Shown piece after piece: positions 48,459 to 58,985 of a DNA stretch of 64,000 nucleotides. How positions within the stretch are numbered: the stretch's first letter is position 1; every line of letters begins with the position of its first letter. The position numbers and the translations under genes are program-made. Below the pieces are notes generated by a model. The model was not told the DNA's origin. It searched no databases and saw only the letters and a list, made by a program, of their open reading frames with translations. Source of the DNA: a virus (Duplodnaviria; Caudoviricetes); IMG/VR virus record IMGVR_UViG_3300022660_000065, positions 1 through 64,000 of that record; one strand, 5' to 3'.

Positions 48459-50443
48459 TTTGTATTTGAAACAGGAGTCTGTTTTAATTTTTCAAGTTCA
48501 GGGTCAATATCAGCATAATTAACTTGGTCAAGACGATTTCCATTACCAATACCGTTGCCACTATAATTAATGTCAAGACGATTATAAGCGCCAATACATG
48601 CAATCAACATATCTTCAATAAGTTTACGGTAGGCTTCAAGTTGTTCCATAACAATGCGAAGAGTAAAAATAGTTAAAAGAGGGGTTAGTTTTTCTATGAC
48701 CCAACTATATAACATTTCAACAATCATATCCTTAATTGATTTTATCACATTTGTAATAATATTCATAAAATATGGAAGGACATCATTAAATGTTACTATC
48801 TTTTTACCAAGTTCAAGAGGGTTACCCATTATTTCCGTGTTCAGAAGTATGATGGTCATAACTTTAGGAGTAAACAACGGCCTAATTAAAGGATATACAA
48901 GCATCCTAATAAGTTCAAATTGCCAATCATAGTTGAATTTCCATGAATTAGCAACCTTTGGATTTGATGAGCCATCAACAACCGATTTGGTTACACCTGA
49001 AAGTACATTTGATATAGTTGTTTTCGTATTCTCAGCCTCAGTACCAGAATCAATAACCCCAATCTGAGACATTAAATCATTTGTAATTTCAGTATTGTAA
49101 TCAGCGTTCTGACGACGTTTTAAAGCATTTTGAATCATGCTATCATATTCGTCATTAGAAAAGGTAAAATAACAATCATCTATTTCAGTATCTGATGTTT
49201 CAATGACTTTCTGAATTATATTATCAATGACTTCATTTAAAACCTCACTATCACGAGTGACAGAGAAGTTAAAAGAAAAATTACCTTGTCCAAATGTATT
49301 ACCGACAATTTGTGAAAGATAAGTCTTAGCATCATATAATTTGATACTCATCAAAAAGTCATGATTAAACTCAAAAATTGTTTTATTGATTTTCAATATG
49401 TCACTAACATTTTCCTTTTTACCTGTAAGTTTCCTTGTTTTATAATAATTGCTTGCCGCTAATCTAAATTGAAATGAATCTGATTTAATGCCATCCCCAT
49501 CAAGATAACGCACTTCAAGAATTTGGCGTTTTTTATAATTAGCCGTTTCGTTATATGCTGCAAGATAAGCATTGTCAAACGGTACCACACCATTTTCACC
49601 TTTATAAAGTGTTACACCCATTGAATTTTTAAAACCATCTTTTTTTGTAAAAAAACTCTCAGGTTTACGTTCATATTTGGTATAAGGACGGGTTTTGTAA
49701 CGGTTATCCCACATCAGTTTATTGCGTTCACTGAGATTTGCGTAAACACCTTTATTTTTAACAAACCACAAGAAAGCATTAAAGTCATCATGTTTCCATA
49801 AATCTTTTGTAGAAAGAGGTATTTCTTTCCACATGTACTTTCTTTCATCAACAACAATATAATCGCCGGCATAATCAGTTGGAACTGTATCTTGTGGTAT
49901 GGGAGTTACATCTTCAGGTAGTGCACCATCTTCAATTCTTGAATAAGAAAACTCACCCGTATGACAAGACATATAATTTGACCTCGCAACAACAGAATCA
50001 TCTGTAGGACAATTTCCCAGTACACCAGTAAAGTCAAGAGATGATAATGGTATTGTAACACCTTCGCCACTAAAATTTATTGATTTTGTGGAATCAGATA
50101 AAAATTGTGCACCGCCGATTAATCTATCCGGAATTATTGGACTCATTTCACAAGTTAATATACTTGTAAGATTTGCTTCCAAAACCATCTTTACAGTTTC
50201 TTCTATCCCTTGTAACCATGTCGAATTAGGGTCTGAAAGTTTATCACTAATTCCCTCGATAATCATTTCATCCAACGGTTTATCCGAGCACATATTAAAA
50301 AGTGCTGTAAGCAAATCAAAAGAACAGGTAAACCCACTTTCACTCACACCGAATGAAAATGGGAATTGTTCTACCATTGTCTGTGCTGCAGCAACGGACC
50401 CAAAAACTTGGGTTATTGATTTGTTGGAAACCTTGCTTGCCAT
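48452..50443 (-). CDS. large hypothetical, probably tail/baseplate
   Basis: 663 aa in a late-motif operon. Confidence 0.7.
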   Translation of the reverse strand: MASKVSNKSITQVFGSVAAAQTMVEQFPFSFGVSESGFTCSFDLLTALFNMCSDKPLDEMIIEGISDKLSDPNSTWLQGIEETVKMVLEANLTSILTCEMSPIIPDRLIGGAQFLSDSTKSINFSGEGVTIPLSSLDFTGVLGNCPTDDSVVARSNYMSCHTGEFSYSRIEDGALPEDVTPIPQDTVPTDYAGDYIVVDERKYMWKEIPLSTKDLWKHDDFNAFLWFVKNKGVYANLSERNKLMWDNRYKTRPYTKYERKPESFFTKKDGFKNSMGVTLYKGENGVVPFDNAYLAAYNETANYKKRQILEVRYLDGDGIKSDSFQFRLAASNYYKTRKLTGKKENVSDILKINKTIFEFNHDFLMSIKLYDAKTYLSQIVGNTFGQGNFSFNFSVTRDSEVLNEVIDNIIQKVIETSDTEIDDCYFTFSNDEYDSMIQNALKRRQNADYNTEITNDLMSQIGVIDSGTEAENTKTTISNVLSGVTKSVVDGSSNPKVANSWKFNYDWQFELIRMLVYPLIRPLFTPKVMTIILLNTEIMGNPLELGKKIVTFNDVLPYFMNIITNVIKSIKDMIVEMLYSWVIEKLTPLLTIFTLRIVMEQLEAYRKLIEDMLIACIGAYNRLDINYSGNGIGNGNRLDQVNYADIDPELEKLKQTPVSNTNC

Positions 50444-50847
50444 TAATTGTTGTTGTTCTTCAAATTATATTCTTGAGGCCCATCATTATCCATATCTTTA
50501 ATCTGTTTCTTAAGGGCCGTAATATCTAATTTTGTTACCTTACCAAGTGAAGGGTCATCCAATGTTTTATCAACATCACCTTTATTTTTAATGATTTCAC
50601 CCATGAACTTAGCGATATCAAATTTCATTGTAATTGCTTTCGCTTTATCACCCATAAGGTCATGAACCGCCTTGAAATATTTTGTTTTTTCATCCAAAGT
50701 AACATCCGAAAGGTTTGTTGAATTGGATAGTTTGCTTAATTCGTTTTGTATCTCATTGAAATGTTTTACAGATTGGTCATAAATTTCTTGCAGAAGCAAT
50801 TCAAGTTTCTCAATGGAATTAAGTTTAAGTATGTAATTTTTAGCCAT
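50443..50847 (-). CDS. hypothetical late protein
   Basis: Late motif 50864-50873. Confidence 0.7.
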   Translation of the reverse strand: MAKNYILKLNSIEKLELLLQEIYDQSVKHFNEIQNELSKLSNSTNLSDVTLDEKTKYFKAVHDLMGDKAKAITMKFDIAKFMGEIIKNKGDVDKTLDDPSLGKVTKLDITALKKQIKDMDNDGPQEYNLKNNNN

Positions 50848-50888
50848 AGTTTCCTTTTTACCAATAAATAGTTATAGAGTCAAAACTC

Positions 50889-51605
50889 CTATTCCAAAAC
50901 ATCATTCTTAATTAATTTATAAAGAACTTTATATTTTTTCATGCTATCACGTATTTCTTTCGTTCCAAGCAATGTTGTTTCTCTAACGAAGGAGAGAAAA
51001 GAACTTTTATTAAGTTTATTACTCCCGTTTTCAACAAGAACCTCTTCCCAATTGTCAAGAATATCAGTTAACGCCATACCTACCTTCAGTTCATTCTCAT
51101 TGAGCCCTTCACGTTGTTCAACAATTTTTTTAATTTCATTGGACATTTCTATTATAATTTTGGGGGCCGCAACTTTAAATGCATTTTGTTCATCAACAAA
51201 TTTTTCCTCCAACCCAAGGTCTTCAACAAACTCCTCATACGAAAGGTCGCGTACTTTATGCTTATTAAATTGATTATTCTTATATATAAGATAATTTTTA
51301 CAAACCGTACCACAATATGAATAAGCCTTAGTTCCTTTGTCGGGACTGAAATTATTCAACTTAGTCAGCATGAAAGACATTGTGTCATCAAATGTCTCCT
51401 GAAACTCTTCATCAGGAACATAAAGATTATATCGTCTGATAATTGATTCAACCATTTTTGTAAAGGCAGGACGAAGAACAATGTTGAATATTTTTTCTCG
51501 TTCATCATCATCATACGTATTAAGATAATCAACAACAGCCTGTTCCTGTTCCTCATAAAAGTACCCCTTACGTTCGTTCTTTGGTTTTCTACCACGTTTT
51601 GCCAT
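50889..51605 (-). CDS. sigma-factor-like protein (T4 gp55-like candidate)
   Basis: Region-2-like NNFSPDKGTKAYSYCGTVCKNYL preceded by helical KMVESII. Confidence 0.6.
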   Translation of the reverse strand: MAKRGRKPKNERKGYFYEEQEQAVVDYLNTYDDDEREKIFNIVLRPAFTKMVESIIRRYNLYVPDEEFQETFDDTMSFMLTKLNNFSPDKGTKAYSYCGTVCKNYLIYKNNQFNKHKVRDLSYEEFVEDLGLEEKFVDEQNAFKVAAPKIIIEMSNEIKKIVEQREGLNENELKVGMALTDILDNWEEVLVENGSNKLNKSSFLSFVRETTLLGTKEIRDSMKKYKVLYKLIKNDVLE

Positions 51606-51719
51606 TTTATATCTAAATGTTTTTTTAATATAAAGACAACATCAAAAACTTCTACACGCAAACGCACGTACTTTCCATCAATCATTCCAATAAAGGAATC
51701 TTACCTTTTTAAGATGCTG

Positions 51720-51744
51720 AAAAAGGGCGTGAAAACACGCCCTT
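51720..51744 (-). terminator. intrinsic terminator
   Basis: AAGGGCGTG-aaaa-CACGCCCTT with T run on minus strand. Confidence 0.7.
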
Positions 51745-51755
51745 ATTATATCTTA

Positions 51756-52547
51756 TTATTCGTTAGGGGTGCCCTCGTATTTCTTCTTACGGTCAGTTTT
51801 ATAAACATACTCTTCCTGAGCAACATTAAACCAAAAATCAATTTCAGCCTGAGCCATTTGCTGATATTCTGAAGTAAGAGAACCCATTCTATTTACAATA
51901 TGTTCATAACCAACCTTAGGAATTACATAAACCTTTTTTCCATTGTGCACATAGCGGAGAAGCATTTCATACCAAAAGAAAACCTTGATACTATTCTTCA
52001 CCCCACCAATTGCCAAGAAATCACTTTTTCTAAAAACACCACCAGAAACAATGAAATTGAAATGGGACTTTAAACTATGCTCATCAATATATCCCAATTC
52101 TTCAGAGAAAGCAGAAGCCCACACCGGTTCATTAGCATAAGCAACCGCACCTGCTTCACGCCTATTGAAATCCATTACTTCAATGAGTGGGAGGTACAGA
52201 GAAACATTCTCCAAAAAAGGTATATTCCTCTCAACTTCTTCCAACCACAGAGGTGTGAAATTATCATCAAATTCAAGAACTGTGAAATATTCGGTCTTCA
52301 CATCCTTGACTGCTTTATTGATTTGGAACGGAAGGTCAACGTTCTTTGAATTTGAAAGATAAAGAACCTCACGACCACCAAAATTATACTCCTTAACAAC
52401 CTTGATGGCAGAATCAGGACCCACGAAAATCAACGCAGCCTCTTCCCTGACATCGGCCTCAAGCACACTATTCAATGATTTATCATACATTTCTTTATGA
52501 GCCTCATTGTAGTCAACCAATGGTACAATTATAGTTAAATTTTTCAT
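51756..52547 (-). CDS. GT-A fold (GT2-like) glycosyltransferase
   Basis: LTIIVPL...INKAVK.VKTEYFTVLEFDD; GGVFRKSDFLAIGG. Confidence 0.75.
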   Translation of the reverse strand: MKNLTIIVPLVDYNEAHKEMYDKSLNSVLEADVREEAALIFVGPDSAIKVVKEYNFGGREVLYLSNSKNVDLPFQINKAVKDVKTEYFTVLEFDDNFTPLWLEEVERNIPFLENVSLYLPLIEVMDFNRREAGAVAYANEPVWASAFSEELGYIDEHSLKSHFNFIVSGGVFRKSDFLAIGGVKNSIKVFFWYEMLLRYVHNGKKVYVIPKVGYEHIVNRMGSLTSEYQQMAQAEIDFWFNVAQEEYVYKTDRKKKYEGTPNE

Positions 52548-52550
52548 ATA

Positions 52551-53648
52551 TTACTCGTTGTTTTCGTTATTATTTTTCATTCCGCTTAAAAGCTGACGGT
52601 ATTCATTTGCACGTGTTGCAACAATTGTATCGACAACCCCTTTTTGAATATCAGACTTTTGAATTTCAGGGTCAAAGATATTTTCAAGTTTCTTATAAAC
52701 CTCTACAAATTCATCCTTAATCTCATTCTTAGTCCAACCCCTAATTACCGATGCCAAAATATCATGGAGGTTTTCGAAATTATCAAACCAAATAATATCG
52801 TTGCGGATTTCACCATTTTCAATCATCCAATCAGGGACAACATCAGGAAGTTTTGCAATAAGAATGTTACCTGATTTTAAAGCCTGCAATGCTGTCGTGG
52901 CATTCGAGGTATCATCATCAGCCCATACTGCAATAGCACCTTCTCTAAGAACATTAGGATAAAGTTCAGGGGTCATAGGAGAACTCATATCACGGAAAGA
53001 AACCCATTTATATGCCGGATATTTCCAATAAAATGGTTTAAGAACCTTATTAAGGTCATTCCTATCTCTTGTGAGAAGATTTACAATAAGTTTCTTAGGT
53101 TTATCATCGGTGAAGAAACTCTTTCTTACTGCAGGTCTAATAATATGTGTTCTAAGGCCCGGGAAATAACTCTGAAGTAATGTTCCCACCTGTTGGTTAG
53201 GTACTATTGCATCAAAAATACCAAAATCAGACCATGATGCTCCGGCCGGAATAAATTCATAAAGGAATTCAGGGTTATGACAAACAGCAACACGACGACA
53301 AGGAAGTTCCTTGGTTTGAATCATGACATTACTATACACCTCAGGTATGAACAAGAAATCAGCTGCAGTTATCGCAACATTAGCAGTTTCAACATTTTCA
53401 TGAGGAAGAACAGCATATTTTTCCCCAAGCCAATCAAATGGACCAACAAAATCCTGCTCCTGATGAAGCATTACAACATCATATCCATTTTCATGTAAGT
53501 TAAAGGCGATGTTATAAATGTATTCAATTCCACCCTGAGGATTACCCTTGGTATCCATTACAAAGAAAAACATCTTAAAATTTTTAGTATCAAGATTAGA
53601 TATAATTGTTTCTAACTGTGATACCATTACTTCTTTTTTATTATCCAT
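52551..53648 (-). CDS. GT-B-like glycosyltransferase
   Basis: GGIEYIYNIA..L...GYDV, FLFIPEVY, ALQALKSG. Confidence 0.6.
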   Translation of the reverse strand: MDNKKEVMVSQLETIISNLDTKNFKMFFFVMDTKGNPQGGIEYIYNIAFNLHENGYDVVMLHQEQDFVGPFDWLGEKYAVLPHENVETANVAITAADFLFIPEVYSNVMIQTKELPCRRVAVCHNPEFLYEFIPAGASWSDFGIFDAIVPNQQVGTLLQSYFPGLRTHIIRPAVRKSFFTDDKPKKLIVNLLTRDRNDLNKVLKPFYWKYPAYKWVSFRDMSSPMTPELYPNVLREGAIAVWADDDTSNATTALQALKSGNILIAKLPDVVPDWMIENGEIRNDIIWFDNFENLHDILASVIRGWTKNEIKDEFVEVYKKLENIFDPEIQKSDIQKGVVDTIVATRANEYRQLLSGMKNNNENNE

Positions 53649-53657
53649 TGTATTTTA

Positions 53658-54053
53658 TTATTTTTCAGTTATTTCAATAAGAAAGCCTAAATGTGCAAGA
53701 CTATTAAATGCCACTGCAAATGAAATATTATCAAAAGGATGGTCATCATCTGATTGTCCAAGAATAATGGTTAAGAACATTTTAATTACATCATAAGTAA
53801 TCATGTCATTTTGTGGATTCGATGCACCAGTATTTTCCCTAATTACCCTTGAAGTCAGCGTCAAAAGGTCTGAATCTTCAGATAACCTTTCATACCCTTC
53901 AGTAATCTCATTGTCTCTAATGTTTTTTTCCTCCGATACAAGGCAATATTTTATGAGAGCATCAACATTAACAATAAAAATCTTATTGTCATATCTCACA
54001 TAATATTTTTTTGTAGAAATATCACTCATTTTATTCACCAAGATATTTTGCAA
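53658..54053 (-). CDS. hypothetical protein
   Basis: 131-aa ORF in operon. Confidence 0.65.
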   Translation of the reverse strand: MQNILVNKMSDISTKKYYVRYDNKIFIVNVDALIKYCLVSEEKNIRDNEITEGYERLSEDSDLLTLTSRVIRENTGASNPQNDMITYDVIKMFLTIILGQSDDDHPFDNISFAVAFNSLAHLGFLIEITEK

Positions 54054-54624
54054 CGTTATTTATGTCAGCGAAATAATCGCATATATTTTCATATACTTCA
54101 TCATATGGACTATCCTGATTATAGTCAGCAGCTATTTTAATAGCAATTTTACCTTCAGGTTTATTCTCTAAGAGTTTTGGATTAGCAGTAATAAGGACAT
54201 CACATTTATCCCAAATAGTTAAAGAATCGGTAGGGAAATATGTTTCACGAACCTTACACCCAAGTTTAGAAAGGAAAAAATAAGTACTTTGTATTGAAAG
54301 ACCATACTCCATAGGGGATACAATCACAACATCAATTGGTTCCTCAGTGTCGATATCTTTAAGTCTGTTTAACCATACTGTAAGTGAAGAAGGCACCTCT
54401 TTAGACATTGAATCACATTTACCGAACAATTCAAATGGATAATCCTGATAAACAAAACGATTATATTCCGTCTTGTTTTCAAAAGGGAAAACTTTTTCAA
54501 GATTGTTTGTTTTTATCTCAATTGTCTCACTATCAAAAGTGTAGTCATATTCCTGTTTAAATACCTTTGCGAAATTTCGAGTATATGCCCTTAAAACATC
54601 ATTTAAGTCAATTGCTATCTTCAT
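54031..54624 (-). CDS. HAD-family 5'(3')-deoxyribonucleotidase-like protein
   Basis: MKIAIDLNDVL (DxNxV variant of HAD motif I). Confidence 0.6.
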   Translation of the reverse strand: MKIAIDLNDVLRAYTRNFAKVFKQEYDYTFDSETIEIKTNNLEKVFPFENKTEYNRFVYQDYPFELFGKCDSMSKEVPSSLTVWLNRLKDIDTEEPIDVVIVSPMEYGLSIQSTYFFLSKLGCKVRETYFPTDSLTIWDKCDVLITANPKLLENKPEGKIAIKIAADYNQDSPYDEVYENICDYFADINNVAKYLGE

Positions 54625-54681
54625 AATTTCAATTTTTAATGAAAATAGGATGTAAATATCATAATGTAAAGAAAAACTCCG

Positions 54682-55704
54682 CTATTCTGCGGAGTTTTTT
54701 GAATTAAAATCAGAAATTTCAAGATTTTTTAAAAGATTAAGAGCCTCTTCAGTATCAAGGGTATTTTGTGCTTTCATCATTTCATAATCTTCCATTGAAA
54801 TAACTACCTCTTTGTTGTTTTTGCGGGCTTTCGTTTCATATTTTTCATCCATTTCTTTAGTTCTGAACTGTTCAGTCAAGTCGAGTTCATGACACATCTT
54901 AGGGGATGAATAAGTTATTACAAAATCCTTATCATACATACTCATTTTTTCATATTTCAAGTCTGAAAAATGGTATTCCATCAAGTCTTTAGCACCATAT
55001 GCTTTGTCGGTGACAAATTTTATTGAACAAATGTCAACCGTGTCAATGTTTCTTGTCTTTTTTCCATAGATATTCATCATTTCATTAATAAAAAGACTAT
55101 CACCGGGCATAAATTGCCTACAGTAACTTGAACAATACAAGTCAACTTTGATATCTTCTTCCCCTAATCTAACAACAACCTTTTTAACCCATTTTTCAAT
55201 TAAAAAACGAGGAAAAACATCACGTTCTATTTTTAATGTATAACGTTCTTTTTTATCTTCAGTAACAATATCACCTTCTTCCTCAACATTTTCAGTGCTT
55301 TCGACAAGGCCCTTAACAACAAGTTTATTATCTTGAACAATCAACACCTTATAATCTTCAGGGTTATACACTTTCAAATCAAGTTGAAGCATGTTTTTTG
55401 TTTTCGCGACAACATTGCCATTTCCTAAATATTGAAAATCATCTGCATGGCGAAGAACTCTATAATTGGTATCCCTAAGTTCCTTTACCTCTTGGGTTAT
55501 TTCTCCTCGTAAAAGGTCATTTAGAACCCCCTGCTCGTTTATTTGTTCTTCAACCCCACTACCGGCTACTTCACCTTCTTTTGTCATTCCCATCATTCGG
55601 TCATCAGCCGATTTCATACCCTTGAAAAAAGAATGAAAGAAGACAGACAGTTTAAAATGAAGATTGTTGAAGAAATTTTTAATCTTCCCAAACATAATCC
55701 TCAA
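54682..55704 (-). CDS. hypothetical protein
   Basis: 340-aa ORF. Confidence 0.7.
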   Translation of the reverse strand: MRIMFGKIKNFFNNLHFKLSVFFHSFFKGMKSADDRMMGMTKEGEVAGSGVEEQINEQGVLNDLLRGEITQEVKELRDTNYRVLRHADDFQYLGNGNVVAKTKNMLQLDLKVYNPEDYKVLIVQDNKLVVKGLVESTENVEEEGDIVTEDKKERYTLKIERDVFPRFLIEKWVKKVVVRLGEEDIKVDLYCSSYCRQFMPGDSLFINEMMNIYGKKTRNIDTVDICSIKFVTDKAYGAKDLMEYHFSDLKYEKMSMYDKDFVITYSSPKMCHELDLTEQFRTKEMDEKYETKARKNNKEVVISMEDYEMMKAQNTLDTEEALNLLKNLEISDFNSKNSAE

Positions 55705-56050
55705 GTTTTAACACTTTATTTTCAATATATCCCATTAATCTTTTATGGAGGGTTGATAAACGAGTATATTTGTTCCTGTTCTCAGACATTACAGGACGTC
55801 CCTCAACTTCATCAATTCTTAACATTTGCTCATAATAGAGAACAAGCATTCTAAGCATCCTCTCATTAGACTCAAGTTCCTGAACTGAAAGCCAATTCAT
55901 ATTTTTTGTCATTGGTGCAATAACGCCTTTCGTTGTACCTTCTAATGCCTCCAGTGTATCCTCCTCTTTTTCAATAATTTTTACAGGGGGGATATCAATT
56001 ATTTCATTTTCATGTGTTTTTTCAACTTTTTTTGTATTCTTTTTAGCCAT
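55679..56050 (-). CDS. hypothetical protein
   Basis: 123-aa ATG ORF. Confidence 0.65.
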   Translation of the reverse strand: MAKKNTKKVEKTHENEIIDIPPVKIIEKEEDTLEALEGTTKGVIAPMTKNMNWLSVQELESNERMLRMLVLYYEQMLRIDEVEGRPVMSENRNKYTRLSTLHKRLMGYIENKVLKLEDYVWED

Positions 56051-56123
56051 TTTAAAAACTTTTCATTAAAATACAAAAAAGTAATGTAAAGGTAAAGAAA
56101 AACAACGCCTTTTGGCGTTGTTT

Positions 56124-56852
56124 CTACTTATTATGAGCAATTGATTTAACCTCAACCCATTCAGATTCTTTATATTCTTCCAAAGAAGTTGAATTTGTAT
56201 ATGACATTGCAGATTTTAGGTAATCTATTTCATTTTCAACCCATCCATCAATGGTGTATTCAACTTTTTGATATTTAACGAGTCCCTCAGCAGTTTTCAA
56301 CTTAACATCTTTAAGACCGTTTGCTTCCGCTACATGTTTTTGCGCTGTTTTGGTACTCATACCATAATATTGTTTCCAAACAACAAATTCACCTTTCTTC
56401 CAACGCTCTTTCAACTTATCAAATTTAAGCCTATCAAGCTCTCTTCCATAATAAAGAAGTGTCTTTAGAGGACGAAGAATTTTATAACCACGAATATTCC
56501 AATAGAACTTACCATAAGTTGTTTTTCCTGCTGATTCAAATGCTTTATTAAAAAGACTTCCAATCATTACATAATCAGCATAAATAAGAGCCTTTTGGAT
56601 ATCTCTATATCCCTTGATACCTCCATCAGCAATAACTTTACACTTACCATCAATCTTCTTACGTTCCTCATGAATTTCTTTAAGAAGTGAGAAATAAGGC
56701 ATGTAAATACCTGTGTTTGAAGCAGTTAAACAGCCTGAATTATGGACAATAATTCCATTAATATTATATGAGCAATTATCTTTAACACTCAAATCATAAA
56801 CAAAACCATTATATTCATGCTTTGTTATTGATGTAATTTTCGTAATCTTCAT
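56124..56852 (-). CDS. guaC: IntC (38 aa) fused to C-terminal part of GMP reductase
   Basis: MKITKI...VYDLSV...YNINGIIVHN|SGCLT; IADGGI, YVMIGSLF, YYGMST, AEG. Confidence 0.88.
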   Translation of the reverse strand: MKITKITSITKHEYNGFVYDLSVKDNCSYNINGIIVHNSGCLTASNTGIYMPYFSLLKEIHEERKKIDGKCKVIADGGIKGYRDIQKALIYADYVMIGSLFNKAFESAGKTTYGKFYWNIRGYKILRPLKTLLYYGRELDRLKFDKLKERWKKGEFVVWKQYYGMSTKTAQKHVAEANGLKDVKLKTAEGLVKYQKVEYTIDGWVENEIDYLKSAMSYTNSTSLEEYKESEWVEVKSIAHNK

Positions 56853-57849
56853 CTTTAATTCTAATAAATTTACATTTTAATAATTCTTCTATTTCTTTTT
56901 GTCTTCTAACATCTTCTTCTTTTAATTCACCATAACGAAAATGAAATTTTTCATCGTACTCATACACAACATTATTTTCAGCATCATACCCATCAACCCA
57001 ATAGCCAAGTTCCTTAATAAAAAATTCGCCCCCATTCAATGCATGTTGTATATTAATATTCTCTCGCTCCATGATTACATCAAAAACCTCGCACCCCCTT
57101 CTATTAAAAGAAGGACCATTTTTTCTATCCCCATGCATATTGTACCATTGTAAACGTTTTTTAAGACGATATTCAGGGCTTTGTCTACTTTCTTTGAGTT
57201 TTTCAGAATTAAGCATTCCCTCTCTATGTCGTTTTTGCCATTCGGGATTTTTAAACATACTCTTCATTTTCTCCGATTGTTTTAATGACTCTGAAATCAT
57301 TTTTTTCGTTTCTTCAGTGTGACGTTTACCATAAAACCCGTTTTTCTCACCAGAACATTTTTCTGATATTTTTTCCTTGATTTTATTAACATACTCCTCC
57401 CCATATTTATCACTTAGCATAGCATAAACATTAACGCCAAACATGGGATTTTTTTCACCACATAATCTACCTTTATTAGATTGTGATATCATTTCTTTGG
57501 TTTTATTTGTATGTTTTTTACCATAGAAAAAATTTTTTTCCCCCGTTCTATTTTCAGACATTTTCTTTTTTTGCTCTTCTGAAAATTTATACCCAAACAT
57601 AGGGTTTTTTTCTCCCGCAACACGGCATCTAGAACAAAAATACTCATTCTCTACATGCCTTTTTTGTATTTTCTTAATTTTACTGATTTTTCCACAATTA
57701 GGACATTTTATTTCAAAATTAGTAAAACTAGAATATCTTATTTTTACAGTTTCGTCTTCAGAAACAATAAAAAATAAATGATGATTAATTTTTTCAATTT
57801 TCGTAAACCTTATACCATCTCTTAAAAGCACATTTTTTAAAATCTCCAT
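56815..57849 (-). CDS. free-standing EDxHD/Vsr-like homing endonuclease with NUMOD3 repeats
   Basis: CPNC...CSRC; repeated N.(M/F)(F/Y)GK.H.EETKK.IS; GEF...YWVDGYD...EYDEKFH. Confidence 0.85.
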   Translation of the reverse strand: MEILKNVLLRDGIRFTKIEKINHHLFFIVSEDETVKIRYSSFTNFEIKCPNCGKISKIKKIQKRHVENEYFCSRCRVAGEKNPMFGYKFSEEQKKKMSENRTGEKNFFYGKKHTNKTKEMISQSNKGRLCGEKNPMFGVNVYAMLSDKYGEEYVNKIKEKISEKCSGEKNGFYGKRHTEETKKMISESLKQSEKMKSMFKNPEWQKRHREGMLNSEKLKESRQSPEYRLKKRLQWYNMHGDRKNGPSFNRRGCEVFDVIMERENINIQHALNGGEFFIKELGYWVDGYDAENNVVYEYDEKFHFRYGELKEEDVRRQKEIEELLKCKFIRIKDEDYENYINNKA

Positions 57850-57907
57850 ATATTTTATATTTATATATAAATAGTATGACTATTTAAGAAATGGCATTGG
57901 GGGTGAA

Positions 57908-58735
57908 CTACAACTCAATTAAACTTTCATTTTCTTTATCAATTAACCACACAGGTTTCCAATAAGCATATTCATGAATATTTTCATCATTTATTTTATC
58001 AATATCTTCATTTTTAACTACATAAAATTCATGATTTTCAGTACATTCAATACCATTTATTTCGTAAATTGTGTCATTCTTTTCAAACTTATGTTTTTCA
58101 AGTACTTCTTTGAATTCACCAGTATGTGTCTGTACACAATCACCTATTTCAATGTCTTTTATTCTCTTTAAGCCTTTATTAGTTTTAACCTCCATATTTT
58201 CCGTGAAGCAGCCCCCACCAATTCCAACTCTTACATAATCTACTCTCGCCTTTTCATATTCAATATATGTCTTAGGATTCGCAATATTTCCTGTCATGAT
58301 AACAATTTCAGGATGCTTCATCTTAATTGCCTTAACGATATCAAGAAGATTCTCCATATGACCGTTTGCAAGGTCAATACAAATTTTGCATCCCCACCCA
58401 TTCTTTATAGTATCATAAAAAACATATTTCTCAAGATTATTGTCAACGAACAAATCCTTTGCTTCACTGAGAGAAAAAGCAACAAAATTATTAATCTCGA
58501 AAAGCATCTGAATACGATTTGACAAAGGTACGGTACGTGGAACTACAATGTTAAGTGAGTTTCGCGCAAAGTCATCATAATTTCCTTCATTAATTACCGT
58601 ATCCATTGGTGAAACAAAAATTGGTAGCCTACCAAATTCATCGCATGGGTTACACTCATTACGTGTCTTTATTTTAGTTATAATCGCAGGTACAATCGCG
58701 ACATCATCATAACCAAGTTTTAATCTATCACTCAT
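57908..58735 (-). CDS. guaC: N-terminal part of GMP reductase fused to IntN (100 aa)
   Basis: LGYDDVAIVP, SPMDTV, IDLANGH, GNIA, RVGIGGG|CFTENM...CTENHEF. Confidence 0.9.
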   Translation of the reverse strand: MSDRLKLGYDDVAIVPAIITKIKTRNECNPCDEFGRLPIFVSPMDTVINEGNYDDFARNSLNIVVPRTVPLSNRIQMLFEINNFVAFSLSEAKDLFVDNNLEKYVFYDTIKNGWGCKICIDLANGHMENLLDIVKAIKMKHPEIVIMTGNIANPKTYIEYEKARVDYVRVGIGGGCFTENMEVKTNKGLKRIKDIEIGDCVQTHTGEFKEVLEKHKFEKNDTIYEINGIECTENHEFYVVKNEDIDKINDENIHEYAYWKPVWLIDKENESLIEL

Positions 58736-58985
58736 AATTTCTTTCGTTTATATTAATACGCAATTCTTCAAAGTCAAATTTAGGTGTTATGGTATCAAGA
58801 ATTTCAAAATCAGCAGTTAAATCCCAAAATGTTAGATTTTGAACATTTCTCCACTTGACATATTTCCCTGAATCAGAAAACTCAAGAACGGTCATCTCAA
58901 ATGGATTGTCAAGACAACCATTAGCACGAGTTGCAACAAATCTTTTTTCAATGTTATTTTTATCAGCAGTTAGTAACTTTCTCAT
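58728..58985 (-). CDS. hypothetical protein
   Basis: 85 aa, overlap-coupled on both sides. Confidence 0.65.
   Translation of the reverse strand: MRKLLTADKNNIEKRFVATRANGCLDNPFEMTVLEFSDSGKYVKWRNVQNLTFWDLTADFEILDTITPKFDFEELRININERNYE

Noticed and set aside
51606-51719. Riboswitch in the 110-nt leader of the sigma-like gene
   Set aside because: Only weak GU-rich stems and no recognisable aptamer.
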